Source: the human T2T-CHM13v2.0 reference genome, Homo sapiens. From it: a DNA stretch of 64,000 nt. The notes below the pieces were generated by a model. It saw nothing but the letters and a program-made list of their open reading frames with translations, was not told the DNA's origin and made no database searches. The position numbers were made by a program, and so were the translations under genes. This document shows, piece by piece, positions 12,661 to 26,167 of the stretch. The DNA lies in assembly GCF_009914755.1 (NCBI RefSeq), contig NC_060937.1, one strand, 5' to 3'. How positions within the stretch are numbered: the first letter of the stretch is position 1; the number at the start of each line of letters is the position of its first letter.

Positions 12661-14639
12661 TCAGTTCATGAATGTCATGTGTTTTTCTTTTGTTTAAGGC
12701 AGTTTATTTGAAATGCTGTCCCTGCACCAGCCTCTTCAAAATCATACATAGTTGGGGTTACAGTCTGCATGACTACATAAGATGGTCGCAAGTCGTGCCT
12801 GCTGTTAGGGTTGGGAGAAAGCAATGGGTAGAGGGTAGCTGCACCCTTCCTGTTTATTTCTGTTTGCTGGAACTACTTTATTTGCCTGCTCAGCTCTTTT
12901 ACTTCTGTGCATCTCTTAGAACACTTATTATGAAGATAAAAATTTGGGTTAGTGGCAGTTCTATGAGCACAGAGGATCCCATGCTAAAATCATGGGATAG
13001 GTCATATTATAGTGAATTGCAAATGCCTGTTTAGCTTTGTTTCCTTTTTGAGGGCAAAAATGATGTTTTATGTATGACCAAATGATGATACAATGGCATA
13101 TGATAATGAATAAAAATAAGGCATATGCGGATCTTATAAAAACACCAAGGAGGAAGGATATGATTTTCCTTACAAGTACCACAGAAGGCATCACAGAAGT
13201 GTCACCTACACTAAGCTGAAGGTGAGGGGCTGGGTTACCCTAGGGAAACCAACCGTGGTGGTCTGACCCAGGCATAGGGAGTAGCATAAGCAAAGGCAAG
13301 AAGGTTGGAAAAGCCACGGAAGAGAGGTGGCGCAGATCCTCCCACAACTCGGGAGAGCGCGCAGCTGTGCAGCTCAGCATGGTCATAAAACCATCACAAT
13401 AGCGGCAAAGAGTAGCCCTAATATCATCAGAGAAAAGGAAAAGTTGAATTCTTACAAAAACAATATTACCTTAAGAGGGACGGTTAAGGGAAGTTAAGTT
13501 AGGGTTCAGATTGACTTCGGGAGTTGACGTAATTTCAGTTTTGCACAAGTATCCACTGATATTATCAGATTAAACCAGGCAGTAATAATATCACAAGTAA
13601 TAATGTGTGGATTTCAGGTAAATTATTTTGTTTCTTAATTCTTATATTAAAATAAATTACTAAATTTCTTTCAAAATAATAAATCTAAATGGACCTTCCA
13701 TTAATTTGTTTTCAAAAAACAATACGAAAATCTATATTTTGTACATAAATGAGAATGGACCCATTATCCGTTACAACGTAGACTTATGGGCTATATCCAT
13801 CTTGGTTGGTTTTATCCAGGAGCATTAAAGAAATTTGTTTGACAACGAAGAGAGGGAGTTTCTGTTGTGTTGTATTAACCAAAAGTGATTTGGGCTACTT
13901 TCCTGAATATATATTTTAAAAAAATCTAAAATTCACATTTTAATTGGCATCATATCTAATTCAAAATTAAGTTTTCAAATATTAGGATACAATGTAATAA
14001 TATTCCCCTGTGATGTCTTCACAACAGGGACCAGAAATAGATATATTTTCTTAATAAAATGAGTCTGCAGTGAGTGATGTCTTATCTCTGTTTTAATTTG
14101 TTACTTGTTTTTAATCTTGTTGTGTTTTTATCACTCCATTTTAAATACATAATTATATAAAAGATACATACAACTTTAGTAGACGTTGTAACATCCTAAA
14201 AGTTAACAAAATAACTTAAGAGTGACTATCAGATTCTTGTGCTACTTTAGCATGCAAAATTGAAGGCTGACATCTGAGAAATGATATTTGCCAAAATAAA
14301 ATCACACATGAAATTTCATAATCCTAAAAGTCAGAATAAGTGACAGTTTTAGCTGGTTCATAACAGACCTCAAATGACTCTATAAGGGAAATGTTAGTTC
14401 TAAAATGGCATGTCCATGATTCAGAAGCTGAGGAATGGTCACGGGTGTTTCTATTTCATGTTTCTACTAAAATGGACTAGTTTGAACAGAATATTTGAAA
14501 CAAGATACATTATTCAAATACTGCATTTTGCTTTATTTTGTTTGGTTACTCCATGCCTCCTAAATGACCAAATAATAGTATATGACACACCTAAATGAGA
14601 GGCATGAAAAACACATGTTAGAAAGCTGACTAATCACAG

Positions 14640-14870
14640 ATCACTTTTATTTAGTGCTTACTGAAAGCTAAATACATATTATATGTTTTATGTGTTTTAA
14701 CTTACTATCAAGCAACGGACAAATCAAATACTATCAACACCATTTTGCAGTTGAAGAAACAGAGGCAGAGGATAAGTTACTTGCCCACATTGGCACAAGT
14801 AGTCATTGATACACACAGCACTAACACCCAAGCAGGTTGAGTCCAGAGCTCCTCTTCTCTATTGCTCATC
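14640..14870 (-). mobile_element. MIR SINE
   Basis: ccattttgcagttgaagaaacagaggcagagg-taagttacttgccca is the MIR core in reverse. Confidence 0.7.
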
Positions 14871-15529
14871 CAGGCTCGGAGAAGGAGCTGTGGCACGAGG
14901 CAGAGTTGAAGTGCCCCATGGGGAGAAAAGATACCAGATATGCAACACGCTTGATGTGGTTTCTGCTATAGAGCTACATCTTAAAAGTATGAACTATTAT
15001 CTGAGGGACTAAGCACATTGAAGCCCACACAGTTTAAATAACTTTCGCAGAGTCAACCTGAGGAAGGAAACTACAGACAGTCATGTTCAGGAGCATCAAT
15101 CCAGAGTGTATTCTTGGGTCCGCTGTGCTAGGCTTTCTCTTGATGTTTGCTGCCAGGATGAAATCAGATAAGAGACAAAGTGCTCAGAAGAGTGGCTGGT
15201 TCATAGCAAACACTTGCTGTGAGGGAGGTATCACCATCATTATCATTTTTCCCTTGGAAGAAGATGAATTAATTCTCCTTAGTAAATACATATTTTGTTC
15301 AGGAACCAATGCTAGGAATAGGGGACACATCAATGAAGAGACACAGCCACAGATGAAACATCATGAAACTTCAGGTTAAAATATATGCTGAGTAGAGGTA
15401 TAGACCTGAGCCTTCTGTGCACCACCTACCCACCTGGGTGAAGTCAGACTGTGGATTCCGCACTCAATATTAGTTATCTTTATTAACATTAGTAGTCATG
15501 AAATGTTCAACTGATGCATCATTTTTAAA

Positions 15530-16075
<546 letters not shown>

Positions 16076-16249
16076 GCAACTATTTTGGCCAGAAAAATCA
16101 AAGAGATCAAAAACTGTATCTTTGTTATTTGTTTCCATTTAAGTACTTTAAAATACTTTGAGTAATGTATGTTGATGATTTATACTAAAACAGATATTAA
16201 TTGAAAACCTGCCATTATAAGGCATCATATCATACTTTAGAACATAACA

Positions 16250-16524
16250 TCCCAGCACTTTGGGAAGCCGAGGTGGGAGGATCACGAGGTCAGGATATCG
16301 AGACCATCCTGGCTAACACCGTGAAACCCCATCTCTACTAAAAATACAAAAAAAAATTAGCCGGGCGCAGTGGCGGGCGCCTGTAGTCCCAGCTACTCAG
16401 AAGGCTGAGGCAGGAGAATGGCGTGAACCCGGGAGGTGGAGCTTGCGGTGAGCAGCGATCGCACCACTGCACTCCAGCCTGGGCAACAGAGCAAGACTCT
16501 GTCTCAAAAAAAAAAAAAAAAAAA
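16250..16524 (+). mobile_element. AluY, 5'-truncated by ~30 nt
   Basis: AluY diagnostics GAGACCATCCTGGCTAACA, GAATGGCGTGAACC and GGAGCTTGC; pure A tail; TSD AACATAACA at 16241-16249 and 16525-16533. Confidence 0.92.
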
Positions 16525-16736
16525 AACATAACAAGAGATAATTTTATATTTTTTAAAGACTATAGTTGGAAATAGAATATGTACAAAGATAATCAATTCT
16601 TTGAATGAGTGTTCAAAGTGGAAGAGAAGCTTCAAAGAAAAACACATTGAAAGAATAGGTTATAAAGCTAGGCTTTGACCCCCAGGAACTGAGAAGTATC
16701 TCTCCATTCTGGTTGAAAGGCTCTTTCTCCCCACAG

Positions 16737-16861
16737 GAGTGGATTTGACCTCACTGCGCCAGATGAAGCTTCAGAGACCAATGAGTATGTTAACAGATGT
16801 CAAACACTTCTTATCATCTGGAGGAAATGTCAATGAGAAAAACGATGAAGGAGTAACCCTG
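16737..16861 (+). CDS. MYO16: MYO16 internal coding exon (125 nt, phase 1->0): (G)[41 protein letters not shown]
   Basis: ctctttctccccacag acceptor; CTG|gtaagt donor at 16862. Phase continues the previous exon; ankyrin-type [11 protein letters not shown] motif. Confidence 0.96.
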
Positions 16862-17030
16862 GTAAGTTCATATATTTGACTCAGAAACTATTTGAATAGA
16901 GAATTTAAGTTGATCTATAAAACATAGAATTCATTAAATTAACCTTTAAATAATTGTTGTGATCATAAAGTAATACATGTCAATTGTAGAAGTTTTGGAA
17001 AACACCTAAGTAAGCAAAGAAGAAAATGCA

Positions 17031-17566
17031 GACCCGGCAGTCCCATTATTGGGTGTCTACCCAAGGAATATATATCATTCTACCATAGACACACGCATGC
17101 GTATGTTCATCCCAGTGCCGTTTATAATAGCAAAGACATGGAATCAACCTAGATGTCCGTCAAGGTGGACGGGATAAAGAAAACATCATCCATATACACC
17201 ATGGAATACTACACAGCTGTGAAAAGAACAAAACCATGTCCTTCATAGCCACATGGATGCAGCTGAAGGCCATTACCTAAGAGAATTACCATAAGAACAG
17301 AAAACCAAATATCACATTTTCTTACTCATAAGTGGGAGCTAAACACTGAGTCCACATGGACACAAAGAAGGAGACGAGACACCAGGGCCCACTTAAGGGT
17401 GGAGGGTGGGAGGAGGGTGAGAATGACAAACCCCTAAGGGGTACTATGCTTGTTACCTGCGTAATGAAATAATCTGTACATCAAGCCACTAAAACACACA
17501 ATTTACCCATGTAACAACATACACCTGCATCCCACTGAGCCTAAAATAAAAGTTGGAAGGAAAAAA
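17031..17566 (+). mobile_element. 5'-truncated older primate L1 (L1PA13-16/L1PB-type) 3' end
   Basis: Degenerate ORF2 C-terminus (gacccggcagtcccattattgggt) and 3' UTR ending aaataaaagtt; flanked on both sides by AAAATGCA. Confidence 0.8.
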
Positions 17567-18255
17567 TGCAAAATGCTTATGCCACTACCCAATATCTCTA
17601 GGTTGATATATTTTCTTCAAGCCTTCCTCCTATGTATGTTTTTCCTAAGAATTTAAAATAATTTTTATGCAGTACTTAGTCCATGTAGTTTTTGAAATGT
17701 AACTTATAGGAGCATGCTTTCATTTTAGTGTTCAGTAAAACAAACTATGGATGACTTTGGTGAGTGAATTTCTAAATTCAAGCAAACTCCTGTCATTACT
17801 TTTTATGGCTCTCAAGCACTGTTGCAGTAAATTATTAAAAGATCAACAAAATTTGGATTAATTTGTATATATTTGATGTCTAATCACCGAAATAAGAACA
17901 TTTTGCCCTACTGACCCATAAAACTTACCTGGGTTAGTGTGAGTTAAAATTAATAATGACAGAAAGAAATGTAAGACCCAGGGGAAAAAAATTTGAGAGA
18001 AAGTAAACTAGAATAGGGGAAGGGAATTTGGAGTTCTGAAGTGTGAATTGAATTGAAATGCTTCAAATCAGTGATTCATTACTCCCATGAAAAAAACATG
18101 GTGTGAGGTTGAAGACAGTTGATAAGGAAAGTGATTTAACTAAATAGGTAAAAGTTTTGTTGTCTGAAAAGTTTCCTTGAGTAATAAATGTAAATATATT
18201 TTTACATTTATTAAATTTTTGCATTTATTAAGTGCCTGTGACCTCTAGAGGGTCA

Positions 18256-18863
18256 CATTCTAAAAATGTGTTGTTTTCTTATGACTTAGAGTTACGTTGT
18301 TATAGTCTCCTAAAGTTTATAAATTTATAAATATTTATTCTGGAAGATAAAATTTAGAAAAGTCTAACTTCAAAATGTTATAGTTGTATAGGCTTCTAAA
18401 ATTTCCCTTTTCTTACTTTCTTTTTTTTTTTTAAATGGAATCTTTCCCTGTCACCCAGGCTGGAGTGCAATGGCATGGTCTTGGCTCACTGCAACCTCCA
18501 CCTCCCAGGTTCAAGTGATTCTCGTGTCCAAGTGATTTTCCTACCTCAGCCTCCCGAGTAGCTGGGACTACAGGCGCATGTCACCATGCCCAGCTAATTT
18601 TTTGTATTTTTATTAGAGACGGGGTTTCACCATGTTAGCCAGGCTGGTCTCGATCTCCTGACCTCGTGATCCGCCCGCCTTGGCCTCCCAAAGTGCTGGG
18701 ATTACAGGTGTGAGTTACCGCGCCTGGCCAGCTTCTAAAATTTTTAAATCATACTTTCCTAAATTTTGTCTTCCAAAATCGATATTTATAAATTTGTAAA
18801 CTTTAGAAGACTATAACAACGTAACTCTGTCATAAGAAAAGAAAGCAAAGCATATTTAGAGTG
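18256..18863. repeat. Long AT-rich inverted repeat (arms ~18256-18384 and ~18731-18863) interrupted near its centre by an Alu
   Basis: Left arm ...AGAGTTACGTTGTTATAGTCTCCTAAAGTTTATAAATTTATAAATAT... is the reverse complement of right arm ...ATATTTATAAATTTGTAAACTTTAGAAGACTATAACAACGTAACTCT..., with scattered mismatches. Confidence 0.92.
18405..18729 (-). mobile_element. Alu (AluSc-like), antisense, with an internal ~17-bp duplication
   Basis: T-rich tail; TSD GCTTCTAAAATTT at 18392-18404 and 18731-18743; CAAGTGATT occurs twice at ~18512-18537. Confidence 0.92.
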
Positions 18864-18899
18864 TTTTGAAAAATAACACATTCAAGTGGCAAAAGCATT

Positions 18900-20900
18900 C
18901 TAAATTAATGAAGAAATATAATTGGCCACATGCTATGAACAAAATAATAGTGACCAAAATTCTTTTGTCATGGATCCACATTTCAGTTGGGAAAGTGGGT
19001 AATATACACTATAAATAAGCTAAATATATAGTATCCTAGTAATAAATGCAAGGGAAAAAACAACACAGGGACATGTTGGTCATATTGTTGCCATTTTGGA
19101 TAGATAGAGAGGAAAGATCTAACCAACAAGGGTGTTTTGAATAATGACTTCAAAGAAGAGACAGCACAGTGGGGCTGTGAAGGGAAAGCATTCCAGGCTG
19201 AGAGTCAGAAGTGCAAACCACAAACTCCTACAGTGTCAGGGGCGAGTGTGGTGTGCTTGGGAAACAGCAAGGAGCCCATATGGCTGAAGCAGTGTCAGCA
19301 GGGAGGGAGAGGCGCTGGGACCAGATCACACAAGCTTTTATGGGCCTATATGAGGACCACGGCTATGACTCTGCATGGGATGGGAAGACAGTGGGAAGTT
19401 CAGAAGAGAGGAGGGGCATGAGCCTGCTCCATTTTAAAAGGATCACCTACCCTGGCTGTTGTGTTAAGAACTGACTGAACAGGAAACAACAGGTGCTGGA
19501 TAAGATGTGGAGAAATAGGAACACTTTTACACTGTTGGTGGGACTGTAAACTAGTTCAACCATTGTGGAAGTCAGTGTGGCAATTCCTCAGGGATCTAGA
19601 ACTAGAAATACCATTTGACCCAGTCATCCCATTACTGGGTGTATACCCAAAGGATTATAAATCATGCTGCTATAAAGACACATGCACAGGTATGTTTATT
19701 GTGGCACTATTCACAATGGCAAAGACTTGGAACCAATCCAAATATCCAACAATGATAGACTGGATTAAGAAAATGTGGCACATGTACACCATGGAATACT
19801 ATGCATCCATAAAAAATGATGAGTTCATGTCCTTTGTAGGGACATGGATGAAGCTGGAAACCATCATTTTCAGCAAACTATCGCAAGGACAAAAAACTAA
19901 ACACCACATGTTCTCACTCATAGGTGGGAATTGAATAATGAGAACACATGGACACAGGAAGGGCAACATCACGCTCCAGGGACTGTTGTGGGGTTGGGGG
20001 ATGGGGGAGGGATAGCATTAGGAGATATACGTAATGCTAAATGACGAGTTAATGGGTGCAGCACACCAACATGGCACATGTATATATACATGTAACAAAC
20101 CTGCACGTTGTGCACATGTACCCTAAAACTTAAAGTATAATTTAAAAAAATTAAAATTAAAATTAAAAAAAAAGAACTGACTGAAAAGGACAGGGGTAAA
20201 CGTGAGAGTTTGTTTAGGAGGCTTTTCCAGTAATCTAGGCAATCAGTAATGTGGCTCAGACAACAGGGGTAGAATGGTAGTGCAATTGGACCTCCTAATA
20301 AATGTGTTGTGTGATTAGAATGACTCCAAGCATTTTTAGCTTAAACTACCAGTGTGATGGAGATGGCATCAAATGAGTTGAGGCTGAAGAAGACACAAAC
20401 CTAAAGCAGGAAAGACCACATCAGTTCTGGAGATATTAAGTTTGAAGTGTCTCTTAGCCATCTTAATGGAACTGTTGGATTTGTGGTTGGACATTGGAGT
20501 CTGGAACTCAGATCTCTAGATGAAAGAAAGAATTTGAGGAACATTAGCATATATGTGATGTTGAAAGCTTTGATACTGGATGAAGTCACTACTTGTATGC
20601 AGAAGGAAAGAAATTTGGGACCAAGCCATGGAGATGAAGAAGAGGAGGCTCCAGAAATGGGATGAGAAGGAGCAAGCACTGAGGAAGGAGGAAAACCAAG
20701 AGGACGAAATGTCCTCGGAACCAAGTGAAAACTTTGAGGAAGCAGGAGGAATGATAGACTACCAAATACTGCTGAGTGGTCAGTTAAATGGGAATTGTGA
20801 ATTGGTTATTGGACTTAGTAACTTGGAGGTCATTGACTTTCTCTTGGAGGACAGTTTCAGTGGACTAGTAGGGTCAAAAATCTGATTGGATTGAGTTATT
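18900..20900 (-). mobile_element. L2 LINE remnant, interrupted by an L1PA
   Basis: L2-like motifs (agggaaagcattccaggc, ttttaaaaggatcac..ctggctg, taagtttgaagtgtct, ttggaggtcattgac) on both sides of the L1. Confidence 0.65.
19480..20171 (+). mobile_element. 5'-truncated L1PA (about PA3-PA5): ORF2 C-terminus and 3' UTR
   Basis: ORF 19563-19934 is the L1 ORF2 tail (...SLIGGN*); perfect 14-bp TSD AAGAACTGACTGAA at 19466-19479 and 20172-20185, preceded by TT (L1 endonuclease site). Confidence 0.95.
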
Positions 20901-21902
20901 TAATTAATTCATTTATTACACATAATGAATTAATGCCTAACACATAATAGAAACTCAATAGAGCCTTTGTTTCTTTGTATGGTAGAATATATTACAACTT
21001 CATAGTTCTTTAAAAAAATACTGCTAAGTAAAAACAAAATGCATACTTCAACCACTGCTAAATAAAAGAGCATACACACTTCAGTAGAGAAGCTATTGAA
21101 GCAATCAATACAGAGCAATAAATAGCTATCATTTTCAATCATTTTCAATTTTTACTTTCCTTGTGACCTTCTTTTTATTGAACAGAGAGCATAAATATTG
21201 CAAATAATTGTTCTAAAATAACCAAATCTTGTGGTCATTATCTTTGAGCTTTTAACAAGAAAGTAACAATGAACAAAAGGCTAGGATGCTGCTGTCCCTT
21301 GAAGATTACAGCATTTAACAGCCAGTGGTTTGGTTTGATTCACATGTCTGAATTGGTTAGTCTGTATATGTTAATGACTGTCATTTCCTTGTGTTTTCTG
21401 TTCTGTAAGGTATATAGTGTATTTATCTATTGTGGAGATAAGGAGAAGACACTGTTGTTCAGATTGATTTCCATACCTGCGATGGAATGCCAGTTGTGGT
21501 TCAAAATTAGGCATAAATTTTCACAGTGTTAAATTGTTATGTGCAAAAGAGAGGAAACTAGCAACAAAAGGCTCAATGGGAATAAAATTCTAATAAGACG
21601 GGTTTGGAGTTGCCTTTACCTTCTTTATTAGAATTGCAACAAAATAACTAAATATAACATATCTCATTTTAAAAGGGATCTTTTAGTTTACATTATCTTC
21701 TTGTTAAATAGGGGCCTCAGAAAATGATACAATTTTAATAAACACCATGTTACAGAGTATATGAAGGTGAATTCATCAGTTTGAGAATATGGTCTTTGAA
21801 AATATTAATGCGATAACTGGCATATATATTATGAAGACATTGTTGTTTTATTATTTACTGTGTTAGCACATAATTTGATATATCACATCTGGCCCCGAGG
21901 CT

Positions 21903-22222
<320 letters not shown>

Positions 22223-22459
22223 CCCGAGGCTTATTTATTTGGTTTGTTAGGAAAGAATTATTCAGGAGAGGCAAGTATCAAGCAATTTTATTTTTTTCAC
22301 CTTTATTTCAGTAATGCTGGTTCATCCCTTAGTTATGGATGGAGACAGCCATTGATTTTATGGTCATTTTTAAAGAATACAACTTCTGTGATCACTTTAT
22401 GTCACAAACCAACCTCAAATTAAAGTGTCCAACCCCATATTATAATTAAAACTCTCAAG

Positions 22460-22933
22460 TCAGGAGTTGTAGAAGTTTTGTGCCATACTTCCCAGTGACC
22501 CTTGGGTGGAACCCATGGATCACCTTTCAAAATAATGTTTAAAATGCAATAAAAATGGTGCCTAGAAAATAAATTATGTTGAAATACAGTCATCATAATA
22601 TTAAAAGTAAATGTGTGATATATAATGCATGTGCTTCTATATCATTCCACTAAGCAACAGATCTAGTAATTACCATGATTTTAAGGTGGCATTGACCATG
22701 AATGCTATCTTGAGGTATTTGCTGCAACCGAACAGTGATATGAAAATGTCAGGACTTTTATTGATGATGACATCACGGCTTTGCTTTTTGTGCTCATTGT
22801 TGAAGAATTTGCTAAACTTCAATTAAGGAGTCGAAGAAAATAAAGCTATTTTCTCATCCAAGTTTTCACCCCCAGCCCCCGAATTTTATCCACAAATCCT
22901 GCAGAGGTCAGTGGGCCCAGGTGTTAAGGGCTG
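22460..22933. mobile_element. Probable hAT-Charlie DNA transposon remnant
   Basis: Begins CAG and ends CTG; internal sequence resembles Charlie/MER elements by recollection. Confidence 0.35.
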
Positions 22934-24089
22934 TGAGTTTAGTTAAATGTTAAATCCATTCCCAACTTAGTGCTGTACCAGGTTGGGAAGTCCGTAGAAG
23001 GGAAGGTGGACATGGGTTACTATTTTTCCTCTTGGCGCTTTTCTTCATCCATCATTCCCTTACTAAACTCCACTGAAGTTAAGAGGAAGAAGAAGGGAGG
23101 AGGGAGCAGATAGGGAAGAGGAGAGGCAATAAGAGCAAGGTTTTTAACTGAGCCCTCTTTAGATGGTATCTAGCTCTCTGACCAAGAATTTGAGTCTTTT
23201 TGTGAGAATTTGGGGGTGTTTTGGATCCCACCCGCCCGCCATCATCATGGGGAAGCCTTAGCCTGTACCAGGTCTGGGTGATGCGCTCTTCCAAATGGTC
23301 CTTTATGCTCACTCAGCTTTTGGGAGTTTGAGGACACTCCAGATTTTCTCTGCTAAGCTGTGCTTGCTCCATGAGGCACCCCCTAAAATAGAACCAGAAA
23401 TGACCACAGCTTCATGGGTAAAAGCCCATCTCTTGCCGTTTACTTTGTGCATGCAAGAATCAAAACCAGTTTATTCTGTGTCCACCAAACTACTCAGGAT
23501 ATGTAGCTTCTCAGAGTGGTCTCTACAGCCTCTCTTTGCCATAAAATTGGGAGGAACTCTCATCCACCTTGATACCTACACACAGTGGGAAGGGAAAGTG
23601 GACTCCTAACACACTAAGAGTGCTCTTTAAAAATTGTTCAACACTTTTTCTCCTTTTGTCTTTAATTTCTGACCTAGTGTGCCCTCAGTCTCGAGGTAGA
23701 GTTCAAAAGTCATCTGAGCAGTTTTAGGGCAACTATTTTCCAATTTACATATATAGTCTCACTTTGGGATATGATTTATAGTATTTTCATACTTCTGTCA
23801 AAGCTGAGATAGTAAAAATCCTGTGTTAGTGTTATGATGAAATACATGAAGAAGACCTGAAATTATTGGTCAACAATCCTGACTGAACCTAAGAGGTATT
23901 TGAATGGTCCTCAAGATTAGTTTTCATTTCTTCATAACATAGTTTTTATTAAAATATAGCATTAGCCTCAGCATGATCTTCTAGCTTCAGAGTGGCAGGG
24001 GTCACAAAGCTTCAGTAAGAACAGATCCAGTGGGAATATATCATAATATTTAACATTTTACATACAGATTAGTAAAAAATCAGATGCAC

Positions 24090-24800
24090 AAATACAAGGG
24101 TAAGATAATTAAAAACAATTAACAGATATTTTCCAAGTTATACATGTGGAAAAAAGCCTCTGGCAAAGACCCTTACAATGTAAAAATATGAAAAAAACAC
24201 AGAAATGTTAATATCGTTGATTATGTCAGAAATTATAATTAACATTTTGCATTAAAGAGTGAGCAAAATTAAGGGGCAACAGGTAATTTGCTGAGACTAA
24301 TATTTGCAACAGGTTTCCCAAAATTTTAATATCTTCAAAATATGCCGAGTTCATAGAAATTAATTTAAAAAACCACCTCTTACTAGAAAATAAACAATAA
24401 CAAGAGTCAATTCACAAAAGAAAAATATCCAACTAGCCTATGTATATGAAATGAGGACCACTGTTGGGAATTAAGTAAATGCAAATTATTTGAAATCATT
24501 TTAGAAATAAATAATAGTGAAGATCAGAAAAGCTAAGGGTCTGTGCAAATACATTCTTTCATACACTGCTGGACTGTAGGTGAATTGGTACATTCTAGAA
24601 CTCTGCATGGCAGCATGCCACAGGAACTTGAAAAAATGCTCATTATTTTAGAATCAGGATGTATCAAATGGAAATCACTACGGACATATATGATAATCAC
24701 CAACAAAACATTTTTAAAATCAATATCAAAAATGGTAACTACATAAATATCCCACAATTAGGAATTAGCCCAGTCAATGAAAATGTGTCTGTATAATTGT
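24090..24800 (+). mobile_element. Old L1M ORF2/3' fragment
   Basis: Degenerate L1 motifs (aatatttgcaac, caattcacaaaagaaaaatatccaa, ttcatacactgctgg..tgtaggtgaattggtaca). Confidence 0.55.
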
Positions 24801-25164
24801 ATACTATGCTTTCCTAAAAATCTAGGGTTTAGAAGCCCAATAGCACCATGATGAAGAGGCCAGATAGACCCAAGTCGGTGCTCATCCTGGAAGCCTCCAT
24901 CACTTCCAAGCTGTGACTTGTGCTGGCTCCTTAAACTCTGAGTTATCATCTTCTCATCTTTTAAACTGGAATAATAAGAGTGCCACATTATAAGATAACC
25001 AGGCCCAAAGAGACCGTGCATGTAAATCACTCAGCTTATTGTCTAGTTAGTACACAGTGAGCTCTCGATCAAAGTTAGCCTTTAAGTGATCCAAACATTC
25101 AACGGCATGGAAAATATTAACTGTATTTGAATAAAATAAATTGCTAGGTACACAGTGATTCTAA

Positions 25165-26167
25165 TTTTATTTAATATTATTTTAAATTGACAAATAATAC
25201 TTATATGCATTTATGGGGTACAGTGTGAATTTTCGATATATGTATACACTGTGAAATGATTAAATCACACTAAGTTAACCTATCCACCACTTTTCTTACC
25301 ATTTTTGTGTTGAGACACTGGAAATGTATTCTTTGTTATTTTAACATGTATAATACATTTTTTGTTGACAATAGTCATCCTGCTTTGCAACGGATCTCAA
25401 AACATATTTCTGCTGTCTAGTTGAAACTTCGAACCCTTCGACCAACAACTCTTCATTTTCTCTCTTCCCCTCCCCGAGTCCCTGGCAACCATCATTCTTC
25501 TCTCTACTTTTATGAGTTTTACTGATTTAGATTTCACTTAGAAGCGAGATCATGCAGTATTTGTCTTTCTGTGCCTGACTTATTTCACTTAACATAATGT
25601 CCTTCAGTTTCATCCATGTTGTTGCAAATGACAGGGTTTCTTTCTTTTTTAAGGGTGACTAGTATTCCATTATGTATATATGCTACATTTTCTTCACGTA
25701 TTTTCCTGTTGATGAACAGTGAACTTGGCTATTATGAATAGTGCTGCAGTGAGCATGGGAGTATGAATATCCCTATGACATAGCAACTTCCATTCCTTAG
25801 GATATATACCAGAGTGGGGTTTGTGGATCATAAGGTAGCTGTATTTTTAGTTTTTTGAGGAATATCTATACCATTTTCCATAATGGCTGTGCTAACTTAC
25901 ATTTCTACCAGTAACATACAGATATTCCCCTTTCTCTGTGTCCTTGCCAGCACTTACTTGTCATCTTTTTGAACAGCCATCCAAACAGGCATGTGGTGAT
26001 ATTTCATTGTAGTTTTAATTTGCAGCACCCTAATGATTAGTAATGATGAGCATTTTTTCTTGAGCCCATTAGCCAATTGTATATCTTCTTTTGATAAATG
26101 TCTGTTCAAGTCCTTTGGCCATTTTTAAATTGGGTTATTTGTTTTCTTGTTATTCAGCTGTTTGAGG
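25165..26167 (-). mobile_element. L1MA-type 3' fragment, antisense
   Basis: tttatggggtacagtgtga...gagatcatgcagtatttgtctttctgtgcctgacttatttcactt...ggatatataccagagtggg is the reverse of the L1 ORF2 end and 3' UTR. Confidence 0.85.
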
